Origin: Octopus vulgaris
Taxonomy: Eukaryota
DNA length: 64,000 nt
Direction of reading: 5' to 3'
Assembly: GCA_951406725.2 (NCBI GenBank)
Contig: OX597832.1
Span: 19,220,001 to 19,284,000 of the forward strand
Made by a program: the position numbers and the translations under genes. The notes beneath the pieces are model-generated. The model had not been told where the DNA came from, made no database searches, and saw nothing but the letters and a program-made list of their open reading frames with translations. Positions 1 to 12,684 of this stretch are shown one piece after another (the first letter of the stretch is position 1; each line of letters opens with the position of its first letter).

Positions 1-859
1 CCAGCTGTTGCCAACGATACTACGCGTAAGCGAGAAAAATACACGAGCAGGTTGCGCAAAAAATCATGCTTTTCCATCTAGATTTACCTCCAGCTAACCC
101 ATTTGCGTGCATCGTTTTTGTCCTGCTTTTCTTCCGTCAACCTGTACATAACTGCACCTTCCATTTTTTGTTGTTTTTGTACTGCTTAAAGGCACGTTTC
201 TTTCCTGCCAAGCTTACTGTTTAACCCATGTTTGTGTTCTCCCAGTCAACAGCCTTATACTGGTACTTTAAACTCTTCGGTTGCATATTTGTGTGAATAA
301 GATCGTTTTCCTTTGGAATAGAAAAAAGTCTATCTTCCTTTCTTGTTTTGTTGGTGTCCCAAATTTAGGTAAAATCAGTGTTTCTCAAAGGGGAGGCCTA
401 TGGGACGGTCAGACAAGTTGTTTTGAGAAAATTTGGTTTAAAGGTTTGACGACTCAGCACCTTGCATTGGACGGGGGGCGTTTTGCTCGTATAGATTAAA
501 AGACGGAAATTTCGGGAGTGAGATCCAGTCGATAACATCTTGTTATTTATTTGATTGGCCCACTGAGGAATGAAACATAATGTAGTTCCTATTTGAGAGA
601 GGTAGCAAAGAAGGTGGATGTTTTCATCTAAAATAATAGAGATATAGTGTATAAGTGGGGACAGTACATTTATTTGTTGAGTAAGAATTGTGTAAATAAA
701 TTAGGTACGTTTCACAGCTTATATAGCTGAATTGAAACCCTTGCTCTGACATATCTGAAATAAGTAATACAAGAACCATATTCATGTCAAAAAATATACA
801 TATGAATTTTAAGAGAGTCATTCAGTGATGAAGCTCTGAACATGTAAATTCTTCAGTTC

Positions 860-995
860 TATATTTAAGAGATGATGAATTATGTACATTATTTACATTC
901 GACGGATATTTGTCCTCATCTTGTTTGCTGTTAACACAACGTTTCGGCTGATATACCTTCCAGCCTTTTTTCTTGTAAATAATGTAAATTCTTGT
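860..995 (-). mobile_element. PLE terminal-repeat-like fragment with half hammerhead and inverted junction
   Basis: Minus strand reads GGCTG-gaaggtatat-CAGCC-GAAAC-GTT (stem II plus GAAA/GUH), but the CUGANGA half is missing. 974-991 is an imperfect inverted copy of 877-897. Confidence 0.5.
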
Positions 996-1345
996 TCGAT
1001 ATAGTTTATACCGACAGGACACGGTTTATGATCCTGTAAAAAGCAAATATAGGGCCTACTTTGATTAATGCTGCTTATGCGTCTGTACATCACGTGTTGG
1101 CGTAGGCGTGACTTTTTTTATGAAGACTAGCAGTCTCCCTTCTCTGCATATCGGATGTTTATCCAAGAGAAAGACCAATACTGCAGGGTACCACAGTTGT
1201 CACAAATGTTACTATCAGAAAGCTAAAAAGTCGAAACGGCTTCACCTCCATCAGTCACGCCATTCTACCGCTCTGGATTCGTTCCTTCTAATGAAAATTG
1301 AAAGAGTGTAAAACAAAGATGAAATCAAGAGTTGTAACAAATACG

Positions 1346-1579
1346 TATTTCTTTACTACCCATAAATGGGTAAACACAGAGAGGACAAACAAGGACAGAC
1401 AAGCGGATTAAGTCGATTATATCGACCCCAGTGCGTAACTGGTACTTATTTTATCGACCCCGAAAGGATGAAAGGCAAAGTCGACCTGGTCGGAATTTGA
1501 ACTCAGAACATTAGCGGCAGACGAAATACCGCTAAGCATTTCGTCCGGCGTGTTAACGATTCTGCCAGCTCGCCGCCTT
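1346..1579 (-). mobile_element. tRNA-derived SINE family A (MetaSINE-like core), full monomer
   Basis: Head GGCGGCGAGCTGGCAGAATCG, B-box-like GAGTTCAAATTCC, core GCCTTTCATCCTTTCGGGGTCGATAAAATAAGTACCAG. About 15-bp TSD at 1331-1345 and 1580-1594. More than 15 homologous copies in the window. Confidence 0.85.
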
Positions 1580-2107
1580 GTTGTAAGAAATACCACAATG
1601 AGATTTATGTTATAACCTGAAGACTGCCAAGTCACCGCCAAATATGACCAATGATATGTAACAGAAACGGACCTCATTAAGCGGCTGACTCCGATTTCTA
1701 GGCTTTACAGCTACATATGCTGCAATACTCCTGGTGATATTCTCAATTACAGACCACTTAAGCTCCTGCAGATGCATCAGATTTATAGTGCTGATTGTGT
1801 TGGATAAGTTATCTGACTCTGTAATCTCAAATTCCGTCAAGGTTTACTTTACCTCTCCAACTTTGATGTTGATTACAATATACCAATGGAAATCTAGCAG
1901 AACTGTTAGAATAGGTGAGAATTCTTGCAATATCTACTGCATCTCTTTGTGTTCTGACACCAAAACCAATGCCGAAACTGGTGCCAAGTTGTATCTGTAC
2001 AAGTCTGGAGCCTTTCTTTTGGAAAGGAGTACTGACCTTAGAGGGATAAAATAGCAAAGGTGTCCTTGATAGGATTTGAACACAGAACGTGAAGAGCCAG
2101 AACAAAT

Positions 2108-2495
2108 AATATTTTCTACTCTAAGCACATGGAGCGAAATTTGGGGGGAGGAGGCCAGTCGATTAGATCGACCCAGTACGCAACTGGTAGTTAATTTATC
2201 GACCCCAAAACTATGAAAGGCAAAGATGACCTCGGTGGAATTTGATCACAGAACGTAAAGACAGACGAAATACCAATTTCTTTACTACCCACAAGGGGCT
2301 AAACACAGAGGGGACAAACAAGGTCAGACAAACGGATTAAGTCGATTATATCGCCCCCAGTTCGTAATTGGTACTTATGTAATCGACCCCGAAAGTATGA
2401 AAAGCAAAGTCAACCTCGGCGGAATTTGAACTCAGAACGTAGCGGCAGACGAAATACCGCTGGGTATTTCGCCCGGCGTGCTAACTTTTCTGCAA
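2108..2495 (-). mobile_element. SINE family A dimer
   Basis: Two core units joined near 2275 at an AAGAAAT|(T)GGTATTTCGTCT junction. The last unit carries the alternative tail (...CTTAGAGTAGAAAA). Confidence 0.8.
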
Positions 2496-3134
2496 CTAAT
2501 ATGTCCCGTACTGAAAAAATTGTGCCCATTTACCATGTGTATGATTACAATAATTATTTCTAATTTGGGGCAGTAATTCTAACGTGTTAGTGTTAGGCGA
2601 TAACGTTTCAATACGTGACTGGCTCTTTCGTATTTCTGACCCTAAAATATGAAAGGCAAATTAATCCCGGAGTGATTTGAACTCGTATGAATAGCTAGAA
2701 GAAATACTGTAACTCATATTTTGAGCGCTGTAGAGATTCTCTAAACTCGACGCTTTTCTTTAAGTGGTAAAAATCATTGCTAATCTTTATTGACCGTAAG
2801 GACCCAAGACATTCAAAAGGATAAAAAAAGACGGAGTATGTCACAAAAGTGGTGCTCACAATATTCAAAATGAAACAAATAAATATGAAAAATACGACAA
2901 AAATATAGCAAAATCTGAAAAAATATTCTTCCAGCACAGAAAACGTCCCCAACAGTAGGGCCAACCTCTTGACGTTTTCTGTGGGAAATCTTCAACAAAA
3001 TGCCTGGATTATTTTCCGTTTTTCTACATATCGTAAGTGTAATTACAATAGTTCTTTATTAGGAACGGAGGGCAATATATTCATAACATTCGTACATTTA
3101 TAAATACACAAACACTTATATAATACATTCTTAC

Positions 3135-3157
3135 ATACAAATATATATGTGTGCGTG

Positions 3158-3200
<43 letters not shown>

Positions 3201-3220
3201 ATAAACATATATATACATAT

Positions 3221-3267
<47 letters not shown>

Positions 3268-3288
3268 CCTATATATACATATATATAT

Positions 3289-3363
<75 letters not shown>

Positions 3364-3428
3364 TAGATAGATAGATAGATACATACATACATACATACAT
3401 ACATACATACATACATACATACATACAA
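3135..3428. repeat. Compound microsatellite (TA)n-(GA)n-(GATA)n-(CATA)n
   Basis: Directly visible. Confidence 0.95.
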
Positions 3429-3879
3429 TATACGAAAACGTTAAACCTAGGGAAGGTTTATGAAAATATGTGTGACAGGAGAAAGACATAAAAACGAGAT
3501 TGTTGTTTAGGTCATTATACGAAAAAAAAAAGACGCCATGCATTTGAATACAATAAGAACAAATATTATATAACAATAAACAAACAATGAATAACACAAA
3601 ATATGTAAAAGTACATAGGGAAATATTTAGGGTCAATCACCTTCACGCGAGTGAGAACTACACATTTTTTTGTTAACTCCACCGCCGCTACCACCGATAC
3701 CTCCGCCTCCGACACAGCCGCTGTCATTGTCGATGACGTTACCGTCACCGTTGTCTCTTTGGTCGTCGAAGTTTTCTGTTTTTAATTTTTTTTTTTTTTT
3801 TTTAGGTTTTGTCTTTCTTCTTCAAGGGTAACTCGAATACAATATTGCCTCCTGTCTCCTGCTTTCATTATATTTTCCT

Positions 3880-4290
3880 TGTCTTGCAGAAGTTGGTTAG
3901 TATCAGCGGTTGTGGGAGAGTTTGTGCTGCAGCTCGTCGGCTTCTAAACGTCGAGAACTAAACACTAAACAGATTCTCCGACTCTTGACGAAACAGAAAT
4001 CAGAGCTGCCTCGATGTAGCAAGTCTAGCAATAGTGAGATCTTCGCTGTCTTCCAGGTTTCACTGGCGTATATGGCTGTTAGTATAAAATTAGATGATTA
4101 TGGCTGTAAGGTTTATCGTTTTGATTATCTTCGATCCCCTTATTGACACTTGGAGCTACAGCTTCTAGGAATTGCTGTCTACCACATACTCCTTCAATAG
4201 CTTTCTCCTTATTCTTGCTGGATATAGTAATACGCATGTTTATCTTGGGTTTCCAGGCAGCACATTTGATTGAAGAGGAGGCAATCCTCA
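3880..4290 (-). mobile_element. Degenerate RTE-clade LINE ORF2 fragment
   Basis: Minus-strand translation ILTAIYASETWKTAKISLLLDLLHR matches the RTE post-RT motif (LLYxSETW). Homologous to 6677-6780. Confidence 0.65.
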
Positions 4291-5690
4291 CCACTGAGCA
4301 ACCACCACCACCAGTACAACAATTACCACAAAAACCGAAATAAAGATTGCCTTTTACACTACACCACCAATTCCATTACCTCAACGAAGATTGCCCCAGC
4401 CAAGCCCCGCAATATCATTTATCTACTGATGGTGTAACGAACCCCTCTCCCTTAGTTTGGGGCACAGAGACATCAGTTATTTTTCAACCGTGCTCAAAGG
4501 AAGGGCAGAGGGGCTTTTTTCAACCGTGCTTGAGGAAGGGCAGAGGGCCTTAATGACGCTATATTCCCATAGCACCTTCAGAGCTTGGGTCTTGTCTTTA
4601 TTGAAGAAATACAAATACAAATCCTTATTCGAAATAAAGCGTTTACAATTGCTATTTACCTCCTCTAATAGTTTCGTCGGACAGCCTTATATGTAAGTGT
4701 GAAATTGTTGCTGCAGCAGTTGTTGATGTTGTTTTTGCACTTGTTACCCTTTTTTTGTTTCGTTTTGTTTTTTTTTTTGTTTTTTCTCAAGCGTAATTTC
4801 CAAAGGTGTGTGTTTCTACAAGTATTCGAGGTCATGTTTGTCTCTATTGTTTAGTGTTTATAGAATTATTTAGACATTTGTTTTAAGGTGGATCCCACGC
4901 ACTAATGCATTGTTGAAATCGAGAGTGCAGCATGTTACCAATATTTGTACTAATAATATATCTCATGGTTGTTGCAGTTGGAATTGTTCCCCTCCCCATC
5001 TTCCTCCTCCTCTTCATCCTCCCTCTTTTCAATCCCTTTTCCCCTCCATATAATTTATAACTAATAAACCCTGTTCGAAGGGACCTATACTGAAATGCGC
5101 TCCAGTCCTGTCTATCTCACACCCTTCTTTATCCAGAATTATGTTGATCAATGTAAACTCTTCCTAAGAAATACTTGAATTTCATGAGCATACGGTTGCC
5201 AAATCTAGCAATCGAAAAGCCACACCACAACTTTCTCGTTGTCTCTTATACTTTGTTTTTTGTTGTTTTTTTCCTTAACAAACCGCCAAATCAATTCAGT
5301 CTCTACACTCGACGAATCTCTGAAAAGAGCAACATGCAAAATACATCAATCGGGTTAGAACAACATTAATGAATGCGATATGGTGTTCAATAAATTTGCC
5401 GCAACATTAATAATAAAAAGCATAAAATTTGAGTTGATCAAGAGCAACATTAATGATAAACGAAACAATGTAATTTTGATTTTGTTTTAATTCCCTATTC
5501 ATTGTATGAGACTTTTTACATTCTACAGCGTTTGAAAATACATATCAGTTATCTTCAAGTACAAGTTTTATGTGAAATGTGGATAGAGTCCAACTTTTGA
5601 TTTTTAAAAAATGTAACGATTTCCTTTTTATACGAAGTATGATCATAGAAATTATACTATTATGTTTGTATGTATGCATGTATATATATA

Positions 5691-5758
<68 letters not shown>

Positions 5759-5823
5759 GTGTATATATATATATGTGTGTGTGTGTACATTTATGTATAT
5801 ATATATATGAATGCATATCTATG

Positions 5824-5854
<31 letters not shown>

Positions 5855-5866
5855 GTGTGTGTGTGT

Positions 5867-6046
5867 AAATATAGTAAATCGGAAAAAGAACAAAGACAAA
5901 AAATCAACAGCGTGAGAACGTAGTACATGTAAAGTATGGGCAGACACTCAGGGAAGTAAAGAAAGATGGTTTAACGTTTCGAGTAGACGCTCTTCTTCGG
6001 AAACAGGAAAGTCCAATAGAAGGGAAGGCGGAGGAAGGAGATCGCT
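5867..6046 (-). mobile_element. Short (TA)n-embedded element carrying a minimal hammerhead
   Basis: Flanked by TA/TG tracts. Architecture homologous to 14537-14695 and 32554-32752. Confidence 0.7.
5969..6004 (-). ncRNA. Minimal type I hammerhead-like motif, U4C core variant
   Basis: GTTT-CCGAAGA-a-GAG-cgtcta-CTC-GAAAC-GTT-AAAC. Stem I GTTT/AAAC, palindromic ACGT stem III. Confidence 0.6.
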
Positions 6047-6049
6047 ATT

Positions 6050-6137
<88 letters not shown>

Positions 6138-6169
6138 TGTACCAGCACATGTATGGTTGTATGTTTAAC

Positions 6170-7078
6170 TTTGCAGCCACGAATTCGTAGGTTCAGTGCT
6201 ATTGCGCAGCAGTTTGGTGAAATGCCTCCTGCTATAATTTCGGCCCGACCTATTTCATTGCAAATATATTTCGTTAACAGAAACACAGTGGGAATTTTAT
6301 GTGGGGTTACATTAGCTCCTACATCCTCTAGTGTCGTCAGCACAGCGGGCAAACAGCCTTCTCTCCAAATATACCCATTGTTCGCTTTCCTGAAGGCTCC
6401 ACTTGGGCCATCTACCATCGCTATCATGTGATCCTGGAATCTACTGCATTATGTCTACCTAGGTCCTATACTCGGTCTTTTGGACTAAACAGCAGATACG
6501 ACTAACCGGAGATATTGTTTGATAACCGCAGGAAAGTCATGTTACCATCGCGATGAAATCCTACAAACTTCCAATGCTAGGTCTTTTCATCACCGCTTCG
6601 TTTCTTACACTGTCCAAGGTTAGAGACCCCCACGGTCGAGTGTAGGGTATGTCGAAATAACGCGTCCTGAAATTGCAAGATCTTCGCTATCTTCCAGGTT
6701 TTACAGGCGTAAATGGTTGTTAGTATAAAAATAAATGTGCATAGCGGCAGCTTTATCGTCTTAGTGATTGTCTTCGATCTTCACCAGATTGAACAAAGGC
6801 TTTGTAATATTGAGGTCGCTTTAACTATCATGATATAGCCTTCAACTTCTGCATCATTCTTGCTGAGAACAGCCTACGACGAATATAAACGTATCGATGT
6901 ACCCGATCTCTTTTTGTCTGAGATTGACAAGGTGTGCTTTGGTTCCATCAAATGACAGGGCTTTGGCCTTTTCAGTGCTGATCTGCAACCCTGTTTCCAC
7001 TCCCGAACTGCATGGGATAAATCTGATCGGATCTGCTGCGAATCTCTGCAACGTCAATTTGTCTGCTAAATCCAAATT
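6170..7078 (-). mobile_element. Degenerate RTE-clade LINE RT/C-terminal fragment
   Basis: DLAD...GLQISTEKAK...IDTFIFVVG (RT6-7-like) and TIYACKTWK motifs, with frameshifts and stops. Confidence 0.6.
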
Positions 7079-7079
7079 C

Positions 7080-7413
7080 CTTAAGCTAAGCCTGAAAGCA
7101 ATGAAGTCAAAAAAGAATCATCCATAACTTGCAGTAAACAACATTTATTAAAATAAAAGCATTCAGAACACAGAATAACATGCATCAAAAACAATTTGCA
7201 AACATATTTACATTCTCATATAACAGTTAAGAACATCAACACTATTGTATTACGCATGCGCGGAAGTTTTTGTTCGACTAGGTGCTGCTAGCTTAATTAC
7301 GCACGACTCAAGCTAGAAAAGGAGTGCGTATTATACACAAGGTTTAGGTGTTTCAGAGGTAAAGCCCCTAAAAATCCCTTACTCAAGGGCGGATTATACT
7401 CGAAGATTTACGG
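7080..7413 (+). mobile_element. pogo/Tigger-like MITE, right-hand part
   Basis: Homologous to 61010-61348. Ends in TIR GCGGATTATACTCGAAGATTTACGG. Confidence 0.8.
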
Positions 7414-7669
7414 CATATATATATATATAAATGTTTTGCGTGTGTGTGTGTGTGTGTGTGTTCGCTAATGTAGTGATAAATAAGAAAGAAAATTTATTTA
7501 CCACATCTTAATATATTGTATAACCTCTGAAACCCTCCTCTCGTTTTTAAATCATTTTGTTTTATTTATCGCAACATATTTCTATACTGTTTATTATATA
7601 AGTGAATGCACCCTTGCGGCAAATTTAAATGAAATAATTTCCAACATTGCTGTCTCCCCTTGTTTATTA

Positions 7670-7697
7670 TTATCATCATCCTTATTATTATTATTAA

Positions 7698-7780
<83 letters not shown>

Positions 7781-7860
7781 TTATTATTATTATAATGATC
7801 ATCATTATTATTATTTTTATTATTATTATAATTATTATTATGATTATTATTATTATTACT
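7670..7860. repeat. (ATT)n microsatellite
   Basis: Directly visible. Confidence 0.95.
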
Positions 7861-8199
7861 AATTTTTTTGGCCACAGTACATTTTCCTTAACGTCAATAT
7901 TTCACGTTATCATGCAAAATAACCGACATGGTGCTCAGAGACATCTATTCTTTTTTTTACTACTCTCTATTTATTTATATATTTATTTATTTATTACAGC
8001 AATGTCTCCTGCTTTTCTATGGAAACAATAAATACAACGACAATATATTATCAACTATATTACAAATGTTGGCCTTCGTTAAAATCATTGCCGAGCAAAA
8101 CGAAACGAAATTCTATAAAACAAAGAAAAACTCTGCTTCTTCTACTTAACTTTTTTTATTGTGCCAAGATTTTTAGTTTCGCTTATAATTTACTATTAT

Positions 8200-8900
<701 letters not shown>

Positions 8901-9251
8901 CATTTTGAAGTTTCGGTTATGCTCTTTTTTTTCTTTCTCTCTCTCTCTTTCTCTCTTTCGAAAACTTGTTGCTAAGAAACTAATAAAAATAGAGCATCGA
9001 TTTTGATTTTGATTTTCATTACTCATAGATTTGCATTTAAAAATTATAAATGAATTTCAAATCGCCTCATGCATATTATTTTCGTTTTTCGCTGTTGATG
9101 CCTATACTTTTTTTTTTATATTTCTTTTGTATTCTAATTATTAATTGTTTACCATCATCACCAAAATAATTATTCTTAATTTTGTTCTTCATACTGTTGT
9201 TCTGTTACTTTTGTGTTTTTTAGTTCTTGCTGTTAATCATTTTTACATTTG

Positions 9252-9325
<74 letters not shown>

Positions 9326-9509
9326 TATTGTTATTATAATGATAAAGGAAACAATAATACTAGCTGCATCCATTTCGATATCACGTAAATTTTCAAAATG
9401 TAATTCTTAATTCAATTTTCATTTTACTAATATTCCTTTTTTTTCTATTTAAAAAAAAAAAATAAATTAAGACAAAAGAACAATAAATGTAAAACAGAAC
9501 GCGACGATA

Positions 9510-9668
<159 letters not shown>

Positions 9669-10639
9669 GTATATTTTGTGGAAACATTTTGCTTATTCAA
9701 ATGTCTGCAGAGAGCATACTGTATCACAAGCAAACGCAGTGTGCATGTATATGTATATATATACATATATATATATGTATGTATATATGTATATATGTAT
9801 ATATACATATATACATATATATATGTATATATATTTATTCATATACACATATTTATATGTATATATACATATGTTTATATATATATATATATATATATAC
9901 ACACGTGTATATAGCACCTAAGCCATATATGTATATATACATACATACATACAGAGAGATGTTTATACGTATATGCACGCATACCATACACACATTCACA
10001 CATACATACACATGTTTTTGTTCAGATGTGAAGTCTTACCTGTCGCTTCTCGGGGATTTTCAAGTACCGTCTCTCTAATGAGTTAAAAATTACTATTCGT
10101 GTTGTATTTTAGACAGAATATTCCTTTCGAATACCTATTAAAATGAATATTAAAATCTGCTTGAATGCTATAACACTAAAACTGAATGCAAATTATATTT
10201 GAAGATCTGTACAGGTGTTGTCGTATTTGTATGTCAGGTTAAGCATTATCTGTTTTCTGATAAAAGGGAATTTTGAGCTTTTCAAAATTTTGCGATATTT
10301 ATTGTATATTGGTGAAAAATGTGTTATGCATTTTTGATTAGTATCATGGCGCTTTGTATCTATGCAAAATTAATACAGTGATGTAATACAAAAATGATGG
10401 CAGAATGTAACTGTGAGGTAATCGCATTATAGTAACGTAATATTTTATTAACTTAATATAGAAGAAAAGTTATGTGAACTATAGTAAATGTAACCGATTG
10501 TGTGTGTGAGAGATACAAATAGCTATAACGAAATTTGTAATATATAGGAACGCAGAAGCGAGTGAAATAATGATCTAAAAGGGAAACGATATATTTATGA
10601 TGATAAGCAACGGCATTTAACAATCCTGATAAAATTAGA

Positions 10640-11010
10640 TATGTTTCAACCGACGATTGGTCCAGGCCGTCTCTAACTTAATAGCACCACATGATAGGAT
10701 TATCTAAATCCTTTTTAAGTCAAGTTTAGTTTATGGCCCATTCAAGTGGTGAGTTCTTGTTGAGTGAGTTGTATCCAGATATGGGTGGCTTATCTGGTAT
10801 TTCTTGAAGTAATCGATCCAGACTCCGATTAAAAGTAATGGTATCCTTTAATCAGTTTTCGGATAATGTTAAACAGGGCAGGTCCTGTTGAGGAAAAGAA
10901 ATTATGTCGCAGTGTACCTATATTTTGTGATCTTGAATTAGGCAGGGGACTTATGACCCGTGCTCCCAGGCTTGGATGAACCTTGAAACTAATGTCCAGG
11001 TCATTTGGTC
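10640..11010 (-). mobile_element. CR1/L2-group LINE 3' fragment
   Basis: Translation ...TLRHNFFSSTGPALFNII...FNRSLDRLLQEIPDKPPISGYNSLNKNS matches the C-terminus of CR1/L2-type ORF2. Ends in a hairpin plus GAAAC 3' UTR. Confidence 0.7.
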
Positions 11011-11293
11011 AATGCTGGCGGTATATTTTCCACATCGTACAAGTGATATATATATATACAGGGACGTATCTCAAAATATGAGTATATATATCTATATATA
11101 TATTCATTAATAGTTAGCAGATGCAACAGAAATTGTATGTTTGTGTGTGCGTATGCGTGTATGTATGTATGTATATCCATGTGTACACAGAAATATACAT
11201 ATACATGGCAAAATAGAGTTATATATATACAAATACGTACGTACCTACGCAAACGCATAGACAAACACACACGTTCACACACACACGGGCATA

Positions 11294-12165
11294 TAAAAGG
11301 GTAGACGGAAAAGATCATAGGCTGTCTGTTCGGAGAAAACTTCAAAAGTAACTAGTAGCAACTTTTATTGAACTAGGACATGATTTGGCATCGTGGTGTT
11401 ATCATGCAGAAAATGTGTTTTGCCCCCAAGCTCTTTCATGCTCATAGGGTTGCTAAATTATGGGATATCACTCCAGCTTTATCAACATTGCGAAAAGGGG
11501 CACCTGAATTTAGAAGGGAAACAGGGAGTCTTGAAGATTACCCATGACCTAGACGTTCTGCCGTTACCACCACGGAAGAAACAGCTCATCGTGTTCACCA
11601 CATGTTGATAGATGACATGCAACTGTATACCAGTCAAATAGCCAATGCTATTAGTACATCTCGAGTCAGATTTGACAATGTTATGCACAATGAACTTGAC
11701 ATGACGAAGGTTTCTACTTGGTGGGTACCAAGTCTTTTGAAAACTGATCAAAAGCTCCCCAGGTTGAATTCCCTCAGGGGAAATTCTGACATTTTTTGAA
11801 GCAGATCCTTGAACGTATCCAAACACTGGGTGAATGTTGGATTCACCATTTTGATTCTAAAACAATGAGACAATCTGTGTAGTGGAAGCATCCCTTCTTA
11901 TCTGATCCAAAGGCCAGGGTCGTATCATGTACAGTTTCTTGGGATGCAAAAAGTACTGTGTCAATTGAGCGACAGCTCAATGGAGACTACTACTAAATCA
12001 ACTTGTTGAGGCATTTACAAAAGTCTATCAAGACAAAAAGGCCACGCAAACTGACAAAAGCTGTCTCGTTTCATCAGGTCAATGCTCCAGCGTAGAACTT
12101 CGTACTTTAAATGGCTGCTATGCATAAGTGGCTTTCAACTGCTTTATCACCAACCCTTCCTATTT
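11294..12165 (+). mobile_element. Mariner (Tc1/mariner) transposase remnant
   Basis: HTH region ...QIANAISTSRVRFDNVMHNELDMTKVSTWWVPSLLK (WVP motif), then WIHHFD, WKH and FHQVNAPA (HxDNAPAH-like). Multiple stops and frameshifts. Confidence 0.8.
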
Positions 12166-12266
12166 ATGTATGTATGTATGTATGTATGTGTATGTATATA
12201 AATATATATATATATACATATATATATATATGTATGTATATATATATGTATATATATATATATATG

Positions 12267-12358
<92 letters not shown>

Positions 12359-12363
<5 letters not shown>

Positions 12364-12629
12364 CAATGGCCCAGTGGTTAGGGTAGCGGACTCGTGGTCG
12401 TAGGATCGCGGTTTCGATTCCCAGACCGGGCGTTGTGAGTGGTTATCGAGCGAAAACACTTAAAGCTCCACGATTTCCGACAGGAGATGGTGGCGATCTC
12501 TGCTGTACTCTTTCGCCACAACTTTCTCTCTTTCTTCTGTTGGCCTGCTCGCTTAGCCAGCGGGGTGGCATCATTTGAAGGCTAAAACAATGCGATGTGT
12601 AGCAACATCTGCTAACCTGGTCGGTCACG

Positions 12630-12633
<4 letters not shown>
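12359..12633 (+). mobile_element. tRNA-derived SINE with family-C-like head and a different tail
   Basis: TGGCCCAGTGG A box, GGTTTCGATTCC B box. Body shared with 28205-28510 up to ACTCTTTCGCCACAACTTTCTCTC. Confidence 0.75.

Positions 12634-12682
<49 letters not shown>

Positions 12683-12684
<2 letters not shown>

Noticed and set aside
1610-2105. Overlapping 76-106 aa ORFs of normal complexity
   Set aside because: No recognisable motif. Probably an unclassified repeat, so not callable.
10036-10140. Isolated splice-like signals (also near 21277, 27813, 54675, 54890)
   Set aside because: No consistent open frame or recognisable product links them. Such motifs are expected by chance in 64 kb of AT-rich DNA.
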